From the sequence record NZ_CP044066.1: a stretch of 64,000 nt of DNA. One strand, 5' to 3'. The first letter of the stretch is position 1. Every line of letters starts with the position of its first letter. Made by a program: the position numbers and the translations under genes. The notes under the pieces are model-generated. The model was not told the DNA's origin. It searched no databases and worked only from the letters and a program-made list of their open reading frames with translations. Positions 30,004 through 39,672 of the stretch are shown here, in pieces. This DNA comes from a plasmid.

Positions 30004-31371
30004 TCAATTCGAATCTGACGACGCAGAGTCCCGGGCGCCGAGCACCAGATCATCCCAATTAAAGTCTTTGGCCAAGATAACTGCTTGTATCGCATCTGCG
30101 CACAAGGCAATGCCGAGATCAAGCATGTCTATCACCTTCTTGAAGTCGCTAGGCTTCTTGGGGTTCGCCACGACGCCTGTATGTACTGCATTCGATCGAA
30201 ACTGATAAATACTCTTTAGTTGGGAAACTATCTCTCGACGCTCTTCCAGCGTGCGGCCAAGAAGCCATGCGCCACGCATCCGGAGTTGAAAGCCTAGCTG
30301 GGCCGGATCGGTCTTTCCTGAAAGGAACAGGGCTTCTAGGGCGATGCCTAAGTCGATTGCTCGATTCACAGGGCTCCGGTGGCGAATCGCCTCGTTTAAA
30401 CGGTGTAGTGGAACATCTAATTCTGCTCTTCTCTCTTGTGGCAGCGTGAAGTAGGCTTCAAAAGTGGGCCGCTTTGCAAGTAGGTCGTCGCGTGTGACAA
30501 CGGTTGTTGAGCTCACGCGAGTCTCCTCGATAGCAGAAGACCATGCGTGGCCGATGTGCCCCTTCAACAGGCTCTCGTCGACAAGCTCTGTGTAAGCTCG
30601 CCAGACAATAGGTGAAGAAGGTCCAACGATAGTGAGTAGAGTTGCAACTCGTTGAAGGAAAGTCAGTTCCTCTACTTCTTCGGGCGAGAGAGGCTTGACG
30701 TTATCGGCTGAAGGCGAGAACCTCGGTCTTGGCGAGGCGAAGCGATACAAGGCGGCCTTGGGGATTCGAGGTGCCTCTCGCAGATTGGCCGGTGCCCGCA
30801 TGTTAAACATGAACGCATCCTCGTCAGACTGGGCAGTTGCCACAAGCTCTCCCAGATTTGATTCGGGAACATCCGCGGGCGGCGCGATAAATACGCCGGG
30901 TAGTAGTTCGGTAGTTTCCGTGACCTCTATACCTCCCAGCAGACAGACTTCGATGCAGTCACTCGCGCATGGCGATAGAAATGCGTAGAGATCATCTATA
31001 GCTTGACTTGGTCCCTTCGTGAGTGCGCGCGCAATGATGGCCTGACCATACTGATGGGTGTCTATCATATGGTGCGACATTCCTCGATTGAACAGCATCG
31101 ATCTTGTCTGCGCGATCTCCGGAATCTCGGCAAGTGCGTTCAGAACGGTTTCGGGGCAATGGTGGTAGGACGGGAAACCGGGAAACATGGCGACAGCAGG
31201 CTCAGTGCTTTCGGCTATAGCGGCTTCCAGCAACCGCAGCAGCTTTTCTCGATATAGGTCCTTGGTCGTCATTGCTAAGTCCGCCGTGGGTGGGAGTAAA
31301 TTGCGTTCAGCTGGTACCAATCTGCTTTCGAAAGCGGTTGAGCGCTTGGATTTACAACTCGCATCCTCCAT
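30004..31371 (-). CDS. hypothetical 455-aa protein with C-terminal HEPN-like motif (..LKSIYQFRSNAVHTG..)
   Basis: No NTPase motifs. The C-terminal alpha-helical region carries R-x4-H followed by TG, typical of HEPN RNase domains (Abi/ApeA-like). Confidence 0.5.
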   Translation of the reverse strand: MEDASCKSKRSTAFESRLVPAERNLLPPTADLAMTTKDLYREKLLRLLEAAIAESTEPAVAMFPGFPSYHHCPETVLNALAEIPEIAQTRSMLFNRGMSHHMIDTHQYGQAIIARALTKGPSQAIDDLYAFLSPCASDCIEVCLLGGIEVTETTELLPGVFIAPPADVPESNLGELVATAQSDEDAFMFNMRAPANLREAPRIPKAALYRFASPRPRFSPSADNVKPLSPEEVEELTFLQRVATLLTIVGPSSPIVWRAYTELVDESLLKGHIGHAWSSAIEETRVSSTTVVTRDDLLAKRPTFEAYFTLPQERRAELDVPLHRLNEAIRHRSPVNRAIDLGIALEALFLSGKTDPAQLGFQLRMRGAWLLGRTLEERREIVSQLKSIYQFRSNAVHTGVVANPKKPSDFKKVIDMLDLGIALCADAIQAVILAKDFNWDDLVLGARDSASSDSN

Positions 31372-31478
31372 TCTCCTCGTACTGAGTCACCTGGATTCGC
31401 TCATCGTTACCGATCTGCAGCGTGATCGAGCAACTATATTCCACGGGGACATATTCCGTGCTGTAGGTCGCCGCGGTG
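31352..31478 (-). pseudogene. C-terminal fragment paralogous to lipoprotein 24856-25296
   Basis: ..YSTEYVPVEYSCSITLQIGNDERI..GGCE compared with ..YSTSYVPVNYNCSVTMEVDENDRI..GGCE. Confidence 0.5.
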
Positions 31479-31545
31479 TTGAGTTGCACCCGATCCTGAC
31501 CCACTAGGGCCTGTAATTTGCATCGAATGTTGACCCACGTATAGA
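31479..31545. repeat. MITE/REP-like element, copy c (left arm conserved, right arm divergent)
   Basis: ttgagttgcacccgatcctgacccac-tagggcctgtaa-tttgcatcgaatgttgaccca. Confidence 0.45.
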
Positions 31546-31785
31546 ACACTGTCCTGCTCGGCAACGCGCAGGAGTTCGGAGTGATCGACGTGGCCATACT
31601 GAGCATCATTCGACGCTGGCACCTGCGCGACCGGATCCCGCTTCGCGAGATCGCCAGGCGCTTGGGTATCTCCCGCAACATCGAGCGGCGCTATCTGCAT
31701 GCCGATGTCACGGTACGCGCCTATCCACCTCGGCACAGTCCGAGCAAGCACGACGGCCATGCCCCAAGCTCGCTGCGTTGACCTG

Positions 31786-32236
31786 CCCCCGGTCTTAGTA
31801 CGGCATGCGATTAGAGTCCGGGGTTAAAAACGCTGCCTTCCCCTGAGCTTGACCTGCTCCCCGTGTTTAGTACCGTGACGATGTAGAGTCCGTTCCCAGG
31901 AGGAGCGGTCATGAAGAAGCGATTCACCGAAGAACAGATTATCGGCGTGCTGAAGGAAGCCGAAGCGGGCCTGAGGCCCGCGGAGCTTTGCCGCAAACAC
32001 GGCATCTCGGAGGCCACCTACTCAACGGTCGGTTCCGCGACGAATGCCTGAACGAACACTGGTTTGTTTCGATGCGTCATGCCAAGACGCTGATTGAAGA
32101 TTGGCGCAATGAGTACAACACCGAGCGGCCTCATAGCTCGCTCGGCCACCTAACCTCTGCGCAATTCGCTCAGGGGAAGGCAGCGTTTTTTACCCCGGAC
32201 TCTAGTTGCGTTTCGTACTAAACCCCGGGGCAGGTC
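31786..32236 (+). mobile_element. IS3-family (IS407-like) remnant with large internal deletion
   Basis: Ends TGACCTGCcCC... at 31786 (an extra inverted right-end-like fragment), at 31849 (IRL) and at 32236 (IRR). OrfA N-terminus MKKRFTEEQIIGVLKEAEAGLRPAELCRKHGISEATY is joined to the OrfB C-terminus ..NGRFRDECLNEHWF..IEDWRNEYNTERPHSSLGHLTSAQFA. Confidence 0.7.
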
Positions 32237-32356
32237 ATATCTTGCCCAACGGCTTGTGATGCGCCCGGCGGACTTGCCGGCTTTAGAGGCTACTACCGAC
32301 CCTTGACGATAGTTTAAAGTTGTTCCCTGATTGGCCGAGTTAGGTCAAAAGTGACA

Positions 32357-33361
32357 TTATCTATATTGTTTTCGAGCTATATCTGAGCTGAAGGCGCTGG
32401 CCGCTATACCGGAGATGACTGGGTCAGCCCGAATCAGAATCAGAATACCGTCGGCCTCAGTTCCAAGATTATCGAAAAGCGCATATTTGTTGGCATATTC
32501 GATAAATGGCTCGCCCCGCTGAGTCATGCAGTTGTAAACAAGAAAAACGAGCTCTATCCAAGAAAGTTGAGCTCTAATGATTGCGATGTACTGCCACTTT
32601 TCTTCTCGACTAATTATCTTCGGGTCAGATTCGTCGACCCATTTGATTAGTCGGAACAGGGTACGAAACATTCCATCGAGCTGATATCGATGTCTGTCAA
32701 ATACCGTCTCGTACCCATCCCGTGCCATATTTATTGCTGTTTCCCGTTGATCTTTTGACCAGTTGGAGAAAAATAGTGGGTCTTGCGGGGTGGAAAGACT
32801 ACTCCTATGTCGGCGTTGAAAAGTCGGCAACTTTTTCCCTGACTTTGAATCCTTCAGGATAACTCGCGCTGCGGTAAAGGAGCCGACGTGCATGCGTTTG
32901 AGTGCATGTCGGCCGATATATATTTTTTCCGGGGCCTCGGCATTTTCATTGCTGATGGTTAGCTGAATACTATCCAAGAGCTTATGGTATGAATTCAGCC
33001 AAGAGAAAAAACTGTTTTCGAATCCCTGTTTTGCTAAGGCTTTGTTCGAGATTCGCAGCTCGCGTAGTGATGCCTGCAACTCGCGCCGTTGAAGCTTAAC
33101 TGTGACAAGCACTAAGTAAACGGTTGCTAAGCCAACTACCGGGTTGATTGTGCCACCGATAAAATCACCAAACTGCCCCCATGCTTCACCTTTCTCAGAA
33201 AATGGGAGACTAATAAAATTTAAGGCGTACGCGGCTACGACACTAATGGCGATGTATATGACGATTCGAAAGACTTCCGCCGCGGATTTGAGATCGTTCG
33301 ATCCATCCTCATCGTCCATCTCCGACAAAGTTGGAGCTCCGAATTCTCGGTCATTTTTCAT
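32357..33361 (-). CDS. putative abortive-infection membrane protein (putAbiC/PF16872-like), AT-rich foreign gene
   Basis: The gene is clearly lower in GC than its neighbours. N-terminal two-TM region ..FGDFIGGTINPVVGLATVYLVLVTVKLQRRE.. resembles Abi membrane anchors. Confidence 0.45.
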   Translation of the reverse strand: MKNDREFGAPTLSEMDDEDGSNDLKSAAEVFRIVIYIAISVVAAYALNFISLPFSEKGEAWGQFGDFIGGTINPVVGLATVYLVLVTVKLQRRELQASLRELRISNKALAKQGFENSFFSWLNSYHKLLDSIQLTISNENAEAPEKIYIGRHALKRMHVGSFTAARVILKDSKSGKKLPTFQRRHRSSLSTPQDPLFFSNWSKDQRETAINMARDGYETVFDRHRYQLDGMFRTLFRLIKWVDESDPKIISREEKWQYIAIIRAQLSWIELVFLVYNCMTQRGEPFIEYANKYALFDNLGTEADGILILIRADPVISGIAASAFSSDIARKQYR

Positions 33362-33776
33362 GTCGAGTATTTATGATTGAGTCGAGGCGAGAATATTGAC
33401 CGATGGTGAAGGCTCATACCCCGCTGAAGAGGGGGTGTACGGCTGATGCAAAGATTCTATTTCGGCGAGTGGTTGAATTAACCCACTATGCCAAAAAAAG
33501 CACGCGGCATATCATTCAACGGCTTGAGCGTCCGGACACCGCGTCACTATGGTCATGAGTTCTGCTACTGCTAGTCTTGCACCGCCTTCGCATACTACTG
33601 TTCCGACGAGAATGTGTCAGAACCCCCATTTCTACCAACGCCAGTCCACTTTGGGTCGGACTAGCTGCGGCTGATTGTTAACGTCTTTCGGCCGCTGGGG
33701 AAGGTGAAGCGTAACGGCTGTTCATGGCCGACGTGAGCCGGCCGAGCTAAGGATCGCTAATGGAGAAGCGATTCAA

Positions 33777-33786
33777 GGGGGGGGGG
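33777..33786. repeat. G10 homopolymer in the jetA upstream region
   Basis: attcaaggggggggggtgac, about 310 bp upstream of the jetA start. Confidence 0.8.
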
Positions 33787-34093
33787 TGACATGGAGAGTG
33801 TAGTCCGAAGGTTGAAATAACATTCCAAACTTCGCACCGCATTTAACATAAATTGCGTACTTTAGCCCGACGGGCACCGCAAACGGTCGGGGTTGGAGGT
33901 GGGTAGCCACACGATGCCGCCGGGAGTGAACTTGAGGGCTCTCTCAACTGTTGCGCTTTTACCGCGGGGGTATTGGTCCCCCCTTCGTGGGCTTGCCTCT
34001 ATCGGGAGTCGCCTAGATACTGCGCAGCACCGCGCTGCGGAAAACCAAGCGCGCAAACCATTCGATTTGTACGTCGTTTCCCTTGATACCGCG

Positions 34094-35593
34094 ATGGACT
34101 TTGATTGGAAGCAACGGACGAATCAGTATGTCCAAGCCAGGCGCCAGCATCCTGCCTGGCTGCTGCTCGCTGCGCGCAGCGCGCCTTTGGTGCTTAGCTG
34201 TCTTCAGACTCTTTTCGAAAAAGATCATGACGGCATTGCTATTGAAGAGGCAGAACTCGCGCTGGCCGCGATGCTTGAGGAGCATGCCAACGCAGAGGAG
34301 TTCGGAGTAGACCCCGAAGGGGACTTCGCGGGCCAAGCGCGGAAGGAATTGCGCGGCTGGATCCGACGCTCTCTCGTGATTGAGCGTGAAGGGCGAGTTT
34401 ACGCTACCGACGCCCTCGAGGAGGCACTCCGGTTTGTTGCGGCTCTCGGCGGTCGGCTTATGACATCGACGGCTTCCCGACTATCGATCGTGCAACGAGA
34501 GATTGAGAACCTCGAGTCGAGTCTTAACCCTGACCCCCGCACCAGAGAGAGATACCTTCAGCGCAAGATCCGGGACCTCGAGAGCGAGTTGCAAGACGTT
34601 CGTGCAGGCAATCTCAAGGTACTTAACCAGTCGGAGGCTGTTGAGGCGATCCGCGAAATTTATAGCCTCGCCACAAGCCTGCGTTCCGACTTCAGGCGGG
34701 TGGAGGACTCGTACCGAGAGGCGGACATGGCGCTGCGCCAATCCATTGTCAGCGAGCGCAGCCATCGTGGAGAGATTGTCGATAAGCTCCTCGATGGTCA
34801 TGACGAGTTGCTGGAGACCGCCGAGGGAAAGGTCTTTCGTGGCTTTCAGCAACAACTCGGCCGTACGGTAGAGTTGGATTTCATGAAGCATCGTCTGCGA
34901 TTGATTGTGAAACATCCAGCTACACGGTCTGCTCTGAATGCTCAACAGGAGAATGAACTCAGATGGCTCATCATTCGTCTGGTTGATGAATCTGCTGCTG
35001 TCATCCGTGCGCGGGCGCGCAGTGAGCGCGACGTCAAGGGTTTTCTCAGAACGGGCCTAGCCGCTGAACACCATCGCGTGGGAGATTTGCTTGGCGAAGT
35101 ATTCCAGCAGGCTTTGCTAGTCGACTGGAAGAGCGCGGCGGTACGGGGTGCAGATAGTCCTTTACCACCTGTTGGGTTGTCGCTAGGCGGATTGCCTGTG
35201 GTTGAACGCTTGCGCTTCAAAGTGTTTAGCGACGATGAGGGTGAGGCGCTCGAACTGAATGCCCAGCGTATGGACATAGCAGCGATTGACGACGAATTCT
35301 GGGATGCATTTGACGGACTTGACCGGCAAGCGCTCTGGGACAGCACGGTCGCATTGCTTTCCCAGCGCGGCGAGCGCTTGGCGATAAGTGAGTTGGCCTC
35401 ATCCCTGCCGCCGACACATGACCTTGAAACCATCGCACTCTGGCTAAGCATGGCCCGCCACGCCGATGCTCCGGTGGGGGTGAAGCGCGAGAGCGTCGAT
35501 GTCGAAGGGCATGATGGTCTGCTGCTTCGATTTGACGTGCCCATGATTGAACTCGGCATTGAGCATCTCCGCGACCTAGACATGGAGCTGTAG
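34094..35593 (+). CDS. jetA: Wadjet JetA (MksF-like kleisin, DUF3375)
   Basis: 500 aa from the ATG at 34094 (MDFDWKQRTNQYVQARRQHPAWLLLAARSAPLVLSCLQTLF..). Long coiled-coil, acidic C-terminus. First gene of a four-gene jetABCD operon. Confidence 0.75.
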   Translation: MDFDWKQRTNQYVQARRQHPAWLLLAARSAPLVLSCLQTLFEKDHDGIAIEEAELALAAMLEEHANAEEFGVDPEGDFAGQARKELRGWIRRSLVIEREGRVYATDALEEALRFVAALGGRLMTSTASRLSIVQREIENLESSLNPDPRTRERYLQRKIRDLESELQDVRAGNLKVLNQSEAVEAIREIYSLATSLRSDFRRVEDSYREADMALRQSIVSERSHRGEIVDKLLDGHDELLETAEGKVFRGFQQQLGRTVELDFMKHRLRLIVKHPATRSALNAQQENELRWLIIRLVDESAAVIRARARSERDVKGFLRTGLAAEHHRVGDLLGEVFQQALLVDWKSAAVRGADSPLPPVGLSLGGLPVVERLRFKVFSDDEGEALELNAQRMDIAAIDDEFWDAFDGLDRQALWDSTVALLSQRGERLAISELASSLPPTHDLETIALWLSMARHADAPVGVKRESVDVEGHDGLLLRFDVPMIELGIEHLRDLDMEL

Positions 35594-35596
35594 CAG

Positions 35597-36352
35597 ATGA
35601 GCATTTTCGACACCATTGCAGCGCGTGTGAGCGTTGACGAAGCGCCAGGTGATGGGGCTCTCTCTGCGCTGGTGGAACTGCAAACTACGCAGGCCGATAC
35701 AACACTCCAGGCTGACACAGGCTATACGCCGCGGGAGGTCAAGGATGCCTGCCAGGAGCTCCTTAAATATGGCCTGCTGGAAGTCGCGAGAAAGCCCAAC
35801 CTCTACCGGACGGCGCTGGCCAAGACGGCTGAGGTGAATCGCATCCTTGAACCCTTCGATCTCGTGGTCAAGATTGACGATATCAGGGGCTTGGCATACC
35901 TCATCGTTGCCCAACCGATCTTCGCGGAAGGCGAGGATGAATGGTCGCATCCTCTGGTAAGAAGGCAGCGACTGACGCTCGAGCAATCGTTAATGGTAGC
36001 TCTCCTTCGCCAGCAATATCTGATCTTCGAGCAGGAGCGGGGTGTCGGGGCGGCCGATGCGCCCATAGCGGTTGAGGACTTGGTACCGCAGTTGCAGATT
36101 TACCTCGGCAACCTCGGCAGTGATACGCGCGAGCTGCAGCGTGCCCGGACATTGCTGGAGAAGCTCAAGGTGCATGCCCTGGTTTCCGAGATCGATCAAC
36201 AAGACCAATTCGTCATCCGACCTATCATCGTGCATTTGGCCAACCCCGAAAGCCTCCAGGGTTTATTGACCGCGCTCAAAGACGTCGGGACCGCCGCGTC
36301 ACCGCGGGCAGACGACCCTGCCGCTGCATGCGTGCAAGAGGAAAATCGATGA
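35597..36352 (+). CDS. jetB: Wadjet JetB (MksE-like, DUF4194)
   Basis: 251 aa. Starts 4 nt after the jetA stop. Its stop overlaps the jetC start (ATGA at 36349-36352). Confidence 0.7.
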   Translation: MSIFDTIAARVSVDEAPGDGALSALVELQTTQADTTLQADTGYTPREVKDACQELLKYGLLEVARKPNLYRTALAKTAEVNRILEPFDLVVKIDDIRGLAYLIVAQPIFAEGEDEWSHPLVRRQRLTLEQSLMVALLRQQYLIFEQERGVGAADAPIAVEDLVPQLQIYLGNLGSDTRELQRARTLLEKLKVHALVSEIDQQDQFVIRPIIVHLANPESLQGLLTALKDVGTAASPRADDPAAACVQEENR

Positions 36353-39300
36353 CCTCGGTCGATTCGCACACCTCGATTGAGGCTCTGGTGCCCGACGCAG
36401 CCTTCGTGTTGACACGTTTGGATGTATTTAACTGGGGCCCGTTTGGTGGCCGTCACCAAGCCGAGATCGATATTGAAGGCACGGCGATTATCGGCCAGAC
36501 AGGTAGCGGAAAGACGACCCTCGTGGATGCGCTGATGACATTGATTGCCGCGCAACCGCGCTACAACTTGGCATCAACGGGCGGCCACGAGAGTGATCGT
36601 GATCTCGTGTCGTACGTGCGCGGTGTTTCGGGCGCTGGGCGAAGTGGTGAAACAGACCACATCGCGCGGCCAGGCAAGACTGTTTCGGGCATCTCGGCGA
36701 CTTTTGCCAATGGCAGCCGCACCGTGACCATCGCGGGGATCTTTGCCCTCGACGGCACCGGTTCATCAGCGACAGATCTCGACCGCGTTTGGCTCATCTC
36801 CAAAGCGGCGGAGTCGGACCTCGACGAGTGGTTGGAAACAATGCATGCCGGTGGCAAGCGTGCGCTCCGGCAGCTCGAGCGAGATATTGCCGAACTGCGC
36901 ATCTATGACAGTAAGAAGGCATATGTAGCGGAATTGCGTCGCTATTTCGAAGTGGGCGAGAATGCCTTCACGTTGTTGAACCGCGCGGCGGGCCTCAAGC
37001 AGCTCAACAGCATCGACGAGTTGTTCAGGGAACTCGTCTTGGATGACCGCGCGGCATTTCAGCGAGCTCAGGAGGTCGCATCTGAGTTTGATGATCTGGC
37101 GGCAATTCGCGAGGAGCTTGCCATTGCCCGCAAGCAGCGAGATTCCCTCCTGCCCATCCAGAAAAGTTGGGATCAACGCATCGAAGCAGCGGCAGCGCTC
37201 GACTTGCATCGACAACTTGCCGCCATACTTCCTGTGTCAGTGGCAATCCGAGGGCACAGGCTCTGGGCGGAAGTTGAGCGTCGCCTTGGGGAGGAGCTTG
37301 AGAGTTGCAATGCACAAGTGGCTTCGCTCACTGCTCGCGTGCGTGGACTTGAAAGCGATGCAGAGCACCAACGTGATCTGTACATTCAAAGTGGAGGGGC
37401 AAACGTCGAACTCTTGGAGCAGACAATCGACGCTGCGCGAGGACGCTACGAAATCGTCAGGCGCAATGCTCAGGACTACGCTCGGATGACGGCATCGCTT
37501 CAGCAGGTACCAGCCAGCACGCAGGACGATTTCATCGCTGATCAGGCGAGGTTGAGAACTCAGGCCAGCGATGATGAGGCGTCGCGGATCGATCTTGAGA
37601 ATCAGGCATTTGCTGCCGGGGCCATGGTGACTTCGACACGAGCATTGCGAGGCGAGCGGGAGCGTTCTCTATCGGAAGCCCAAGCAAGGCCCGGCTCCAA
37701 TGTGCCCATCCCGTATCAGAAGTTTCGCCTGGAGCTCGCAGACCACCTGAATCTGCATGAAGCGTCGCTACCATATGTCGCTGAGCTTGTGCAGGTGCAG
37801 GAGAAGCAAGCGCATTGGCGGGGCGCGATTGAGCGTGCCATTGGTGGTCACCGACTGCGAATTTTGGTGCGGGTTGACCACATACGCGAGGCGCTTGCTT
37901 GGGTGAACGGACGCGACAACAAGATCCATGTGCGGTTGATTAAAGTCGCCGGGACGGAGCGCCCTGCGCCTGCGTTTGAAAACGGATTCACACGAAAGCT
38001 AAATTTCAAAGAGCATCCGTACCAAGACGCGGTACGAGCGCTCCTGGTCGGGTTCGACCGACATTGCGTTGCCTCCCCGGAGGCATTACGCGAAACGCCG
38101 CACGGCATGACGGCCCAAGGTTTGATGTCGGGCAAAGACGGGCTCTTCGAGAAGCAGGATCTCAAGCCGCTCAACGAAGGCTGGCTTACCGGCTTCGACA
38201 ACAGCGATAGCGTCGCTGCGCTAGAGCGAGATCTCGAAGAGGTTCTGCGGGATCTGAAGACACAGGAGGCGCAGTTGGAGGTGGCACGTGCCCGGGTCAG
38301 CACGGCGACCGCACGCAAAGCTACACGGGAGCGACTATTGTCCTTGACGTTCGAGGACATCGACGTTGTCCACGTGAAGACAGCGCTCGATCGGGCGCTT
38401 GCGCAATTGGCTGCGCTTACAAGTGCGCATTCGGATACGACGCAAGCGAAAAAGCAGTGGGAAGCCACTAAGCAAGAACTCGAGAAGACGAGGAGCGAAC
38501 GAGACGATAGTCTTGGTGTTCAGGGCAATCTGATATTAGGACAGAAGAACGCGTCGACCGATCGACAGCGCATGTTCGCACTGATTGGTGAGGGCCTTGA
38601 TGCAACGCAAATGGCGTTGGCCCAGGAACATTTTGACCTAGAACGTATTGGTACTATCGAGGACCTTCAGCACCGCCACGCGAAAATTGCGGGGGACTTG
38701 CATCAGCAAGTGGAGCAGCTTACCAAGAGGATTACGGAACTCGAGAGGCAACTGGTACGCGGCATGGGGGCGGCCCAGACGATTGATACGGGGGCGCTTG
38801 CAGAAGTCGGTACAGACCTCGAGGATGTCCCGCACTACCTCGCGCGCCTCAAGATCTTGATTGAAGAGGCGCTGCCAGAGAAGCAGGATCGATTCATCAG
38901 CTATCTGAACCAGTCGTCTGATGAAGGCGTCACGCAACTGCTGCGGAGCATCGACAACGAAGTGGAGACGATCACCGAGCGAATCGCTGACCTCAATGAC
39001 ACGATGCGCAGAGTGAATTTCCAACATGATCGATATCTCAGGCTCGAGCCAAGGCGGGTCGTCCATGAAAGCTTACGCACCCTTGAGCAGGCCCAACGCC
39101 ATCTGCGCTCTACGATGTTGGTGGATGATCTGGGAGAGAGCCAATTTGCCGCGTTGTCGCGAATTGTGGCGTTGCTCAAGGAAGCTGCCGAGCGGCGTAC
39201 GACCGTGGGATCCCGCGCGCTGCTCGATCCGCGCTACAGACTTCAGTTTTCTGTCTCAGTCATTGCGCGCGGGTCCGGAGAGGTTGTTGAAACGCGTACC

Positions 39301-39672
39301 GGATCTCAAGGCGGTAGTGGCGGCGAGAAAGAGATCATCGCGAGCTATATTCTCACCGCGTCTCTCAGCTACGCCCTATGTCCTGAAGGCAAGGATCGAC
39401 CGCTCTTCGGCACGATCGTTCTGGACGAGGCATTCTCAAAGAGCTCACAGGCAGTGGCGGGACGCATCATTTCTGCGCTCCGTGAGTTCGGGCTACATCC
39501 GCTTTTTGTGACGCCGAACAAGGAGATGCGTTTGCTGCGTGCGCATACACGCTCTGCCGTGCTGGTTCACCGGCGCGGCTTACAGGCGACGATGACCTCG
39601 TTAAGTTGGGAGGAGTTGGACACGTTCGCCAAAGCAAGGCAACAGGCGGATCGGGATGAAGTCGCCAGTTGA
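36349..39672 (+). CDS. jetC: Wadjet JetC (MksB-like SMC-family ATPase)
   Basis: N-terminal Walker A GQTGSGKTT. About 800 aa of coiled coil. C-terminal signature ..GSQGGSGGEKE.. and Walker B ..TIVLDEAFSK... RBS AGAGGAAAA before the ATG. Confidence 0.9.
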   Translation: MTSVDSHTSIEALVPDAAFVLTRLDVFNWGPFGGRHQAEIDIEGTAIIGQTGSGKTTLVDALMTLIAAQPRYNLASTGGHESDRDLVSYVRGVSGAGRSGETDHIARPGKTVSGISATFANGSRTVTIAGIFALDGTGSSATDLDRVWLISKAAESDLDEWLETMHAGGKRALRQLERDIAELRIYDSKKAYVAELRRYFEVGENAFTLLNRAAGLKQLNSIDELFRELVLDDRAAFQRAQEVASEFDDLAAIREELAIARKQRDSLLPIQKSWDQRIEAAAALDLHRQLAAILPVSVAIRGHRLWAEVERRLGEELESCNAQVASLTARVRGLESDAEHQRDLYIQSGGANVELLEQTIDAARGRYEIVRRNAQDYARMTASLQQVPASTQDDFIADQARLRTQASDDEASRIDLENQAFAAGAMVTSTRALRGERERSLSEAQARPGSNVPIPYQKFRLELADHLNLHEASLPYVAELVQVQEKQAHWRGAIERAIGGHRLRILVRVDHIREALAWVNGRDNKIHVRLIKVAGTERPAPAFENGFTRKLNFKEHPYQDAVRALLVGFDRHCVASPEALRETPHGMTAQGLMSGKDGLFEKQDLKPLNEGWLTGFDNSDSVAALERDLEEVLRDLKTQEAQLEVARARVSTATARKATRERLLSLTFEDIDVVHVKTALDRALAQLAALTSAHSDTTQAKKQWEATKQELEKTRSERDDSLGVQGNLILGQKNASTDRQRMFALIGEGLDATQMALAQEHFDLERIGTIEDLQHRHAKIAGDLHQQVEQLTKRITELERQLVRGMGAAQTIDTGALAEVGTDLEDVPHYLARLKILIEEALPEKQDRFISYLNQSSDEGVTQLLRSIDNEVETITERIADLNDTMRRVNFQHDRYLRLEPRRVVHESLRTLEQAQRHLRSTMLVDDLGESQFAALSRIVALLKEAAERRTTVGSRALLDPRYRLQFSVSVIARGSGEVVETRTGSQGGSGGEKEIIASYILTASLSYALCPEGKDRPLFGTIVLDEAFSKSSQAVAGRIISALREFGLHPLFVTPNKEMRLLRAHTRSAVLVHRRGLQATMTSLSWEELDTFAKARQQADRDEVAS

